A DNA stretch of 62,000 bases, the filler included, from Basidioascus undulatus (taxonomy: Eukaryota): assembly GCA_000826855.1 (NCBI GenBank). It is 11 parts of 11 records of this genome, joined end to end, with 100 filler letters (N's around TTAATTAATTAA, not from the genome) between each part and the next. Parts side by side here need not be neighbours in the genome. Positions count along the whole stretch, not along the records: positions 22,674 to 28,228 come from JTLS01001914.1; positions 28,329 to 33,879 come from JTLS01001915.1; 9 more parts are not named here. One strand, 5' to 3'. The notes below the pieces were generated by a model that made no database searches, was not told the DNA's origin, and was given only the letters and a program-made list of their open reading frames with translations. The position numbers were made by a program, and so were the translations under genes. Below, piece after piece: positions 23,509-33,979 of this stretch (the first letter of the stretch is position 1; every line of letters starts with the position of its first letter).

Positions 23509-25512
23509 TCACAAAAAGTACTGCGAATGGAACTGCGAATTCGGTGCCATCCGCGCCGCGGGCGCTCCCCGGTCCTGGTCGGGGACTGTCCGTGCGAGCG
23601 CACCCAACAGAAATCAGTATTCCCCGATGAAGGAGATGGGAGAGGATAGAAACGCACCTGCACTGAATATCTTGAAATGGTCGGGCGTCACGTCGCCCTC
23701 TTCAGGCACTTGCATAATACTCGCGACGTTGCCTAGTTTGCGAAGAGGAACGAGTCAGAGCCGTGCTTCGTAGCTGACAGCGGACATGTCGCGCTGGGGG
23801 GAAAAGGAAAGGGAAGATGAGAAAAGGAAGAGCACGCACCGCATCGATAACAGTAATTCGGCGCGGACCAGACGGTCACGAGGTTGTTATCGGGGAACAT
23901 AAACTTGCTGGACCATCGTCAAAAGCCCAAGTCAGTCTGTAATCCCGCGCGACGGAGGGTTGGAAAATGGAAAACGCACAAGCCTGAAGAAGTCCGGGAT
24001 GAACGCCAGGGTGAGGGAAAAAAGAGTCAGCCAACAGCCTGAAGTGAGTTAAGTGGTGAGCAAGAGCGCTCCGATCACGCGCCTTCTTGAATAAGTTGAT
24101 GTGCGCGCGCTACCCCCCACCACCCCAATCAGCACCTCACCTTCTCCCCTACACCCGCCCTTCGCAACGCACCTATCAAGTTCAGCCCATTAACATGGTT
24201 GAACTATCCTCCTCCCATTTCAGCCTCTCTCCCTTCCCCTCCTCTCTCTTCCCTTCCCCCTAGGGCGAACGCCCACTCACCTCGCTCGTCACCTTGCTCC
24301 CAAACAGCCATCCCGCCCCGCGCGGGCTCACGCTCCACGTCTCGATGTCTTCTGGATCTGACCACATGAGGTCTGTCCGTCCCACGCTCAAATCAGCTTA
24401 CTCTCCCTTCGATTTTCCGGCGCGGATGCGGACGAACCGCAGAAAGGCCCGTCGTGCGGGATTTCCTGTGCGCGAGCTGTCGTGCGTGGTTGAAGCGTCT
24501 CGTTTCAGCGTGTTGCAAATAAAAAGAAAAGGGGAAAGAGATATCGAGGAAGGGCAAACGGGGGGATGTAAAAGACGCACCGATCACCCGAATCTGATCG
24601 AGCGTTCGCACGTCAGGGGACAGCCCGCCGTGTACACATAGTATCCGGCCGTCGATGATCTGCGTTTCCCACCCACCAATATCAGCCGCGCGGCGCCACA
24701 GAGGGGAAGGAGATGTGTGGGCCGGAGAGGGAGAGGAGAGGCGGGACGGGGACGAACTGCAGCAAGGTTGAGGTAGTCAAATACCTGGCAGCACGCTTTC
24801 CATACGGACGAGTTGCCGTACTTTTGCTGACATTCGTCTGGTCAGGGGGAGGAGAATCGATGTCAGAAAAGGGGGAAGGGAGAAGGGAAAGGGGAAAGGG
24901 AAGGGGAGGGGGAACGGCGGGACGGACCGTAGAAGCCGTACACCTGGGTGATTTGTCGGGACTCGTGGTTCCCTCGGAGGAGGGTAATACGATCTGGGTA
25001 TCTGTGGGTGCAGGGGGGAGGGAGGAACAAAAAGTAAGGGGACCAGGGGAAGGGCGAGGAGCAGGAAAAACAAGGAGAGACGGACCTCGCCTTGAGCGCC
25101 ATGAGCAGAGTGAAGCTCTCCAGACTCTGGTGCCCTCTATCCACAAAGTCGCCCTGTCGTCCCATTCCTCATCAGCGTCGCTGTCCCCTTCACTCTCCCC
25201 TTTCCCAGTCACTCACCATAAAGATATAGCTCGTCCCCGGCACGTCTCCCCCAACGTTCTACCTCCCCCCGCCCACACATCAGTCTCCTCCCTCCCTCCC
25301 GCATCCCCTTGCTCACGCACGATGAGCTCGAGCAGATCCCAGAACTGGCCGTGGATGTCGCCGCAGACAGTGACGGGGCTGTGTACGGGCTGGATATTGC
25401 TTTCCTCCACGAGAAGGCCGCGTACGACGTCGCAGAGGGCTTTGATCTGTGCTTCGGGGAGGTACTTGCCCGTGCGGATCACGTCGAGCCAGCGCTGGGG
25501 GTCGTTGGACAT
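23509..25512 (-). CDS. SIT4: Ser/Thr protein phosphatase PP6 catalytic subunit (Sit4/Ppe1)
   Basis: Spliced: [139 protein letters not shown], and a C-terminal YFL*. The VWKxCCQVFD and FNHVNGL motifs are Sit4-type. Confidence 0.95.
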
Positions 25513-25827
25513 GACAGGCGGGAGGGGGAAGGGGTGATGGGGGTAAATAGGAGGAAGGGGGAAGTTCCTATTCGTGCGTCGACCTCGTGTGAGCGTGTGT
25601 GTGGTTGATAATCGACGGTGGGAATGGGACGTGAATAGGAGAACGCGGGAGACGCGTTCTCTATGTCGACAATATTAAACGCTCGCTGACATTTCCCGTC
25701 GGCGTTACCACGATGACGTCGGCGACAGCTGTCCACCCAGTCGCCCTCATCGCGTTGGCACTTACACCTTCTCCTTCGTCTTGCCTTTCGCCTCGTACCC
25801 TTCGATCCTGTGAATATCGCTTCAGCA

Positions 25828-27310
25828 ATGGGAATTACCGAGGGAGACTCCATCACTGCGCACCCGCTCGTCCGGCACGTGCTTGCGTCCCTGCCCGTCC
25901 CGAACCCGCTCCTCGCCGTCTCGCACCACGAGCCCCAGAAATGGATCGACTGGAACCAGCCCTCGCTCTGGATCGCAATCGCGTCCACCGTCTTTAATCC
26001 CTTGTTCTGGAACATTGTGCGTCTGTTTCTTTCTCTCTGTCTTCTCTTTTCTTCTCTTTGAGGCGCCAAAACGGAGACAGCGAACGCGGATTCTGACGCT
26101 CTCCCCGCTCGCCCGCCCGCCCGCACGTCTTCTTTCTTCACAGGTCGCGCGTTCAGGTACGTCCATTCCCGCCCTGCCCCTCCTGGCTCACCACCCACTC
26201 ACATGCCTTCCCTCCACAGAATACCACAACAAGACTCTGACGCGTCTCGCCGGCGGGCGCCCGTACCTGGGCTGCTATTTCCTCGCCATCACCATCTTCT
26301 CCCTCGGCATCCTCCGCGACCACCTGTCCGTATTCTTTCCCCCACCGATTCCCACTCCCTGCTTCCCAACTTCTCTGCCGCTGCTCATGATGACACCCCC
26401 ATTCAACAGCTACCAGCAGGCGCTCTCTGCTCAGCCCAACCTCGTCCCCCACCCGGACTACCCCAAAGCCCACATCGCCGCCGCCGCTACCCTCTTCGCC
26501 GCGGGCCAGGTTCTCGTCCTCACTTCCATGTGGGCGCTGGGTGTCACTGGAACGTGCGTTGCGTTTCCCTATCCGTTTTCTCCCTATCCGTCTCTCGTTC
26601 TCCCTCCCTCTTTCCCTTCGTCTCCCTCTTCCCCTTTCTCCTCCGCTCCTCCCCCAGGCTGACTCGCCCACCCTCTCAGCTACCTCGGTGACTACTTCGG
26701 CATCCTCATGAAGGAGCGCGTCACCGGCTTCCCCTTCAATGTCGTCGAGAACCCGATGTACGTCGGTAGCACGCTCTGCTTCCTCGCGACCGCGCTCTGG
26801 TGGGTCTTCCTCTTCCGTTTCCCTCTGCCCTTTCTCCCTTGCACGTGTTCTTACTTTCGAGAGCTATCTATTTAGGTACCGCTCCCCCGCCGGTCTACTC
26901 ATCACTTTCCTCGTCTTCGTTGAGTACCAGATCGCGCTCGCGTTCGAGGGGTGCGTCTTCCTTCCCTCATCCACCTTCTCTCCCATTCCCCATTCCCCCT
27001 CCTCCTTTCTCCCGCCCTTCTCGCTTCTAACTCCCCTTCCCTCCCTCCCAGTCCCTTCACCACCATGATCTACTCCAAGTCGTCCACACCCTCCGGCACT
27101 CCCGCGGCCGCCGTCGCCTCGCCCGCCAAGCCCAAGCCCAAGCCCCTCCCCGCCGCAGTCTCCTCGCCCGCCGCGAAGAAGCAGCAGCTTGACGTCCCGT
27201 CCGCACCCGGCACGCCCGACGCCGCTGCGAAGGCGACCGGGCGGAGCGCGAGCCCGCAACAGCAGGGGTACATGACGCGCGCAAGGAGCCGGAAGGTCTT
27301 GGAGGAGTAG
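25828..27310 (+). CDS. OPI3: Phosphatidyl-N-methylethanolamine N-methyltransferase (PEMT)
   Basis: Spliced: [20 protein letters not shown]...[81 protein letters not shown], followed by a Pro/Ala-rich tail. Confidence 0.96.
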
Positions 27311-28328
27311 AATCTCGCTTCGGGCTGGGAGGGTGGGAACGGGATAGTGGGAGGTTGGGGAGGTGCGGGAGGAAGGTGGGACGATTAACGACGAGACGAG
27401 CTCAACGGTTGACTTGACTTAAAAAGTAACGTACGGTGTACAGTTTAATGGGCCACGACGATGGAGGGCGTCGGGTTGGAGCTGCTTTCAACAGCAGCGT
27501 AGGGAGGGTCTAATCATATGCTTTGCTGCTTATCTACAGTCGCCTGAAGCTTCGTGTGCTCTTCAGGTGTCCCGATCCATCGCGATCGGCTGCGCTGGCG
27601 TCGAGCCTGCCGCACAGGCGACTCAAAACAGTCCCGCAGAAATGCACACTGCGGACTCGCCGCGTCTAGCCGCCCTTACTGCCTGCGGTTTCTTTTGGGC
27701 TCACCGCCCGCGTGTATCGGGACACGTCGAGAACGCGCAGGACGGACTTCGAAGTGGTCCTGGCGTGGCAGGCCGCAGACAGTCTGGGCACTGCGAGCGA
27801 GGCGGAAAAAGAGGCGGAGGCGGTGCCTGAGTGAGTGGTGTGCAAGGCACACAACACGCCGGCAGTCAAGCATGGGTTTGGGGCCAAGGATATCATGAGA
27901 TGAGCATGCAGTTCAGGTATTATAGAATACAACAATGGGTGTGAAGCCCGAAAGGTCGATGAGGAGACTGGGGCAGGGGGGAACCGGGAAAGCGAAAGAG
28001 GGCATGGCTCATTACGATGTCCAATGGGAACATCCGGGTATATGAGGGGGTGTATGGAACACTATTAGGCCAGGATTACTGTTACAAAGAAGACCGAATA
28101 AATAGTGTATGGGGAACCGAAATGGAAAGGGACGGCGAGATGAAGCGTTAGGCGAGTGTCAGGTTGAGGAGGAGCGCGACGGCTGCTTCGGTGAAGACGA
28201 GGACGTTTCCGGCGCTAAATTTAAGGAANNNNNNNNNNNNNNNNNNNNNNNNNNNNNNNNNNNNNNNNNNNNTTAATTAATTAANNNNNNNNNNNNNNNN
28301 NNNNNNNNNNNNNNNNNNNNNNNNNNNN

Positions 28329-28779
28329 TGGAACGTAGACCACGCTTCGAGCGCGGCGGACTTGACTTGCTCGGGTTGCAGGTTAACTGGCAGGTGTATA
28401 CCGCTCAATATAAAGTCCCACTCGAATACCGAATAAAGAGGATTTCGAGTGAAAGAAAGAGAAATGGAAGGTAACAAGCAAGAAGACGCACGCCTGCTGA
28501 CCCGCTTCCCCTTGCGGTCCCCCTCCGGCAACCCAGCGAGCATGACCTCGACCCAGCGGACCTTGTCCTCGAGCGACTGCACCTCGAGCGCCTTGATCCG
28601 CTGCTCGAGCTCGATCTGCGCGAGGATCGAGTTGCGCAGGGCGGCGAGCGTCGTCGGCGAAGGCGGCGGAGGCAAGGGCGGGTCGAGCGTGAGCTGTGGG
28701 AGGCGGCAGGGCGTGAGGATGCTAGCAGGGGCAATGAGGTGAATGTGAAGAGTGGATTTGCCTTGCTCGAGCTCGCCAT
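28329..28779 (-). CDS. 5' part of a hypothetical coiled-coil protein, weakly like the Ahc1/YEATS2 N-terminal helix; truncated by gap
   Basis: Exon LTLDPPLPPPPSPTTLAALRNSILAQIELEQRIKALEVQSLEDKVRWVEVML...KRVSR is bounded by a CACAG acceptor and a GTGCGT donor. ATG at 28779 (MASSSK) needs a GC-type donor to join it. Confidence 0.5.
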
Positions 28780-30859
28780 CTTGGGCAGTTACATCCAGTC
28801 GCAGACGCGACGTCCCAGCACGGTCGACACTCTCGCACGGCAGTAGGTCAAGTTCGAGTCGGTGCTACTGCGGGAGCTGCTGCTAGCACCGCTGTGCTAT
28901 GAGCCCCAGTTCCATGCCCAGATTGACCAAAGAAAAGCTCCAGACCGGGATAAAGTCCCTGCAGTCGCTATTTTGCCGAATGTAGTGGAAAGAGATGAAG
29001 GCGGAGAGGCACAGGCAAGTCAACTTGGAGGAACGGCATGCGAGCGTGCGAGTTGCTTGGGCAACCTCGGCCGTCTTTTTTTGGCGACACAGCAGGGTGC
29101 CAGAGTACCCATCGCTGTCACTGCGTGCAGACTTCTGTAACAGCGATGGCGGTACGGTGCCGGTACGTAAGGTAACCTCTCCGTATCGGCGGGTACCAAT
29201 ATTTTAGAAGACGCATCGTGCGGGTACCGTACTGGCAACCGTACCGGCAGCTACACGGCTGCCCGTTACGCATCCGAGAACGGTGCCGGAACCTAACGTA
29301 TGTCATAGCATGGCATGGGGCCAGAATTGGCCATTTGAACCGCTTATTTTGCGAAACTATGCTTTCATTGATGGGCAGATAATGTAAAAAAAAACGTGAG
29401 TGAATGGAGCGGCTAGCTAGTACACTACGAGTGACGACGGGCGGGCGTAGGAAGAACCCGAAGCAGACAGCGGTGACCCATCCTTTCCTGCTACTCCCCC
29501 ATCGCACTGGATCAAGGAGAAGAGTAGAAAGACGCACCAATCGTCATGAGCACGAGTACCTTCCTGTAATTGTTGATGTGCGGCGGGGTCAGGCGGGAGA
29601 TGACTCGAGAAGGGGAGAAACGCACCAGTCATTCTGACAGTCTACACCGTTAGCAATCGAATCAGCAATAGAAGCAAGGATAGAGGAATGGCCTGAAGAA
29701 TGGTCAGCACGACAGTGATGATGGTGCTTCGTTCGCCACCCGCTTACGTCAGGCAGCAAACTCCACCCAGAAGACCATCGCAAATATCGAAGATGCAAAA
29801 GTACTTAATGCTCAATACCTATGGTACAAAGTAGCCAACACCTTACGTTTCATTAAGTGGCCCGCAGTGCCGGTACGCAAGGTGCGGGTTCCGTACCGGT
29901 ACGATGCTGGCGCGCCAGAATGGAAGTTGACACGCAGTGTGTGGTGTTGCTCAAAAACAGACTTGTACGTAAAGCGCGAAAGCAGGAGGACAGGGAGGAA
30001 AACAAATCAATAAGTGAACAACGCCAACAAGACTCCCCAAGTTTCACAATGTCTGGCCTCCCCTCCCACGGCCATCGTGTCCCACTACTCCGCCCCAGCT
30101 AGCTCCCCCTCATTCAACCCCAACACCACGCAAAAGTAGTCCAATCCTCGCACTCCCCAGGCCTCTCACACAAATGGTCCGCCTCAGCGTGCGAGAAGTC
30201 GATCAAGGCCGCGGGACGGAAATCTGGTTAGCGCGATCGAAGAATGTGATTATAATGTAAATCTAGTGTGAGCAGTATGAAGGAGCAGAAAGACGTGTAT
30301 GGAGCAGATGGAATTAATCGGACAAGGAGGGAAAGAACAACATGCAGGAGGGCGTCGGACGCGGACGAGCTGCGGTTGTTTGGCAATGCAGCTTGAAGGC
30401 TGGCCAAAGTACGTGTCTTGTTCGCGTCGCGTCTTCCCTTCACCCTCTCGTCCGGATCCATTCTCTTCGCCAACCCCTTATTTACCGCCTGAACTGGGCA
30501 CCTGTCCTGTATTGGGAGAGATCTTTGGAAAGTGAGTCTGAGTCCTTCACTGCTTTAAATGAGTTCGGAAGGTGGCTGCGTGGGTGCTCGCTGGGGGACG
30601 CATCTTGTGTCCTTGGAGATTTGCCTGGAGCTAGGTCTCTGATCTGTGGGCCTGCCCGACCTTCCAACATGATCGAACGATCATACTCCTCACAGCGGAC
30701 ATTCTCTTCTAGCGAAGCTCATCCTGCCAGACCCCACATCGACCAGCATCGACGGGTTCCTCAAACGCTCACGCCGGCATGCTGCGTGCCGTTCACTGAC
30801 GCCTTGTTCCTTGCAGCTCCCCATTCTTACCAGAAACCAAGCGCCGTAGTCTCGGTACC

Positions 30860-32356
30860 ATGTCGAACTCTTCCACTGCGCCCGAGCCAGCGGTGTCCGC
30901 TCCTGCCGCGTCCAACCCGGAGCCCAGCGCAGACGCAGCCGTCGTGCCGCCTCCAGCGCCCGAGCTGTCTCTGCACGCCTCCCTCCTCCGTGCGCTCGCG
31001 ACCCACCCGGGCACGCGCACCCTCACCCTGCACACCCTCCTCTCCCACCCACACCCGCCTACCACCCCCGCTCTCTTCCCCTACCTCCCCACTGCGTCCC
31101 CAACGCCCCCAACGCAGCAAACCATCCTCGTAACATTGTCCTCCACGCCCCCCTCCCCCTCCAGCACGCCCACCCGCGTCCTCACCTCCGCTCTCGAAGC
31201 CAACCTCTACACGCTCCCGTACGGACAACTCCTCTTCATCTCTAAAGTGGACTCTACGGGACTCGCAGCGCACCCGGGCGCGCCCTCCCCGCTGCGCAAG
31301 CTCATCCGCGCGCTCATCGCCCACTTCGCGTCTTCCGCTACCGCCCCGCTGTGGGTGCACGTGTTTGCGCGCGCACAGGGCGCCTACCTCTTCCCCGCGT
31401 CCGAGACGAACGGGACGAAGCGCCCGCTCGAGGACGCCGCGCTGCAGCGCTGGTGGCGCGCCACGCTCGCCTCCCTTGCCCTCCCCGACTCCTATCCCGC
31501 CCCGAAAAAGTTTTACCTCCTCCCCGGCTTCTCCCCAGACGAAGCGCGCCCCATCTTGCCCGCTCTCCCAGGCTGGATATACTCCCACCCTTTCCTCCCC
31601 GCACAGTCCACCGCGCTCGTCTCCCCCCTCACCGGCGAGCCGATCAGCCCCGACACGCCCCTCGCGCACCTCATCCCCTCCTTCCCGGACGACCCCAAGT
31701 CCCGCTTCCTTGAGGAGCTCGCCTCATCCTCAGAGGCGATCGACGCGCGCGCGCTCAAGCGCGTCAAGCTCTCCTCCGGCGAGGACACCGCGTCCAAGGA
31801 CGCCGAGCGCGCGGCGGCGGTCAAGGCGCTCGAGAAAGTCAGCGTGGAGGAGTTCTGGGAGCGTATCGGGTTCAGGCAGGAGTGCGCGAGCGGACGCGTC
31901 ACGGGGTTTTTTACCCTCGTCTTCCCCGTTCCTTCGCCCACCACCATTGCCTCCGCTCCCCCCTCCGCTCAGCCCCTCCTCCCCCCCTGCATCATCGCAC
32001 ACCTCATCGCCACGCTCGGGCGGCACGATTTCTCGTCCCTCGCGTCCTCTGAGCGCGCCACGCGCGAGTGGGAGCAGAGCGTGCGCGACCTCATCCTCGG
32101 CGCCTCTTCCTCCTCTTCCACCTCCGCCTCCGCCTCCGTCCCCACTTCCGCCTCCGACTTCAGCTCTGCCGCGGAAGCGACGCTTCACCTCTCCGCGGCG
32201 GAGTTTGATGCGGGCGTGCGCGGCGAGGTGACGACGGACGTGCCTGTCCCTGCAAGGAAAGAGGGCGCGGGCGCGGAAGGGGCGCCGGGAGCAGGGGCAG
32301 TGGAGAAGCCCGCGCAAATTTTGGCGGTTAAGAAGAAGAAGAAGCGGGCTGATTGA
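30860..32356 (+). CDS. RTT109: Histone H3K56 acetyltransferase Rtt109 (intronless ORF, 498 aa)
   Basis: Motifs LFISKVDSTG, HVFARAQGAYLFP.S..N..KR.L....L.RWW, LIPSFPDDPKSRFL, EEFWERIGFRQEC..G..TGF, and a basic C-terminal tail. Confidence 0.95.
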   Translation: MSNSSTAPEPAVSAPAASNPEPSADAAVVPPPAPELSLHASLLRALATHPGTRTLTLHTLLSHPHPPTTPALFPYLPTASPTPPTQQTILVTLSSTPPSPSSTPTRVLTSALEANLYTLPYGQLLFISKVDSTGLAAHPGAPSPLRKLIRALIAHFASSATAPLWVHVFARAQGAYLFPASETNGTKRPLEDAALQRWWRATLASLALPDSYPAPKKFYLLPGFSPDEARPILPALPGWIYSHPFLPAQSTALVSPLTGEPISPDTPLAHLIPSFPDDPKSRFLEELASSSEAIDARALKRVKLSSGEDTASKDAERAAAVKALEKVSVEEFWERIGFRQECASGRVTGFFTLVFPVPSPTTIASAPPSAQPLLPPCIIAHLIATLGRHDFSSLASSERATREWEQSVRDLILGASSSSSTSASASVPTSASDFSSAAEATLHLSAAEFDAGVRGEVTTDVPVPARKEGAGAEGAPGAGAVEKPAQILAVKKKKKRAD

Positions 32357-33798
32357 ATGGACGTCATAGACTTTGCGGGCGCCTTTTGACTTGTGTGCGT
32401 GCGGTGTGTATGCGTGTACGGTGTGATGGCTGTCTGCTCGGTTATACGTGGGATATCCACGCAGTGAAGTCGGTATAGTGTAGGAGCTGCTCTCTATTCG
32501 ACCGACAACCTCATTTGTCGGAGTACTTACACGAAAGGCAAGCTGCAGAGGTCTTTCCGACTCGTGTGTTTTGCTTCTGCTATTCCTGCCAGGAGGCCAA
32601 GGCGCATCTAAATCATGTTGCCTGCGCACAACGTTTCTTCGCTTTATCTAATTCGGAGATGGTGAACAACGCGGACTGCCCAGCAAACTCGTGCCTGCTC
32701 GGAGGTCAAAGTAGACAGACATCTTCAGCTGCCTCATCATAGCGCCCTGCCCCTTGCCGAACTATAAGGTCTGAGACTTTGAAGAACTGACGTTCTCGAA
32801 GGTTGGAAAGAATTAAAAATCAAGTCACTTCGGGAATGACTGAATACGACGGGTGCAGCAGTAAGTCAGTTTGCAGTTTGGATTTTCCCCACACACAGCG
32901 CCGCCAGGCTTGATCAGTGCGAGCCGCCTATTTTAGTCCCCCGAACCGTTTGGACTGTTTCCTAACCAATGGTCCATTCTCTTGGCCGAACGTGCAATTT
33001 CTCTTTCGGACTGCCTTGCAGCGGGTCTTGTGCCACAGTCGAATCGACAGGCTTAGTTCGGCCCATTCACCCCAACCACTCTTCTTCAAACTTCAATTCT
33101 GTATATGTTCAAAAATTCAAGTGATACACATTCTACTGTCTCTGCCGACGACTGTGCCCAGCTTCAACGCCTGTCGGTGTGAAATGTACCTGCGGATGCA
33201 CCGTCCATCTCTTCATGAGCCTGCTGCTGCGGTACCCGTAGGGTCACAAAGGGCTAAAATTTAAATATACTTCTCGGACTTCAGGTAGATATAGCCTGGA
33301 GGAACACGAAAGTAATCAGTTGGGACAGGCGAACGGTTCAGATGCGTGCGAGGTCTCGCAGCCTCTCTCCTCATCCGCCTTCGCCGCCAAGGCATCCCGT
33401 TTCACCGGAAAGATAAGAATCCTCTTTATCAACTGGGACATAATAACGTATGTCTCTTTGCCATGCCAGCATGGTGAAGGATTGTGAACTTGCGCGTCAA
33501 ACTGTCAGCGTCAGGAAAACAGCCTGCCTGCAGTTGAGTCAGGCTCGACAAGTACAGCCACTCAATTTCTGATGTTATTTGCATGTACGACTCTGGGCGA
33601 AAATGAATCCAACTCGATTATTCCAAAGGTGCGCAGAGGGCGAGGTGAAAGGTCGGGGACCGTTGCTCAGCTTACCTAAGCACTTCTGGCACGCGGCCCA
33701 GGAAGCGCGAAAACGTTGGCTTCTCCCCGCCGCGACGGTCGTCTTCTCCATTCTCGCCGTTCCCGCCCGCATCCTCGCCGTTGCCGACGCCGTTCACG

Positions 33799-33879
33799 AT
33801 GGCTGAGTTTGACCTGACCCAGGTCCGCCATACATCCGCCCGCACCCCCCGCCGCCGCCCCCTCGTATGCTGACCCCCC
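33799..33879 (+). CDS. Probable first exon of translation initiation factor eIF3 subunit e (Int6), truncated by gap
   Basis: ATG GCT GAG TTT GAC CTG ACC CAG (MAEFDLTQ), then a GTCCGC donor and a GCTGAC branch before the gap. eIF3e typically begins MAEYDLT. Only 8 codons are visible. Confidence 0.45.
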
Positions 33880-33979
33880 NNNNNNNNNNNNNNNNNNNNN
33901 NNNNNNNNNNNNNNNNNNNNNNNTTAATTAATTAANNNNNNNNNNNNNNNNNNNNNNNNNNNNNNNNNNNNNNNNNNNN

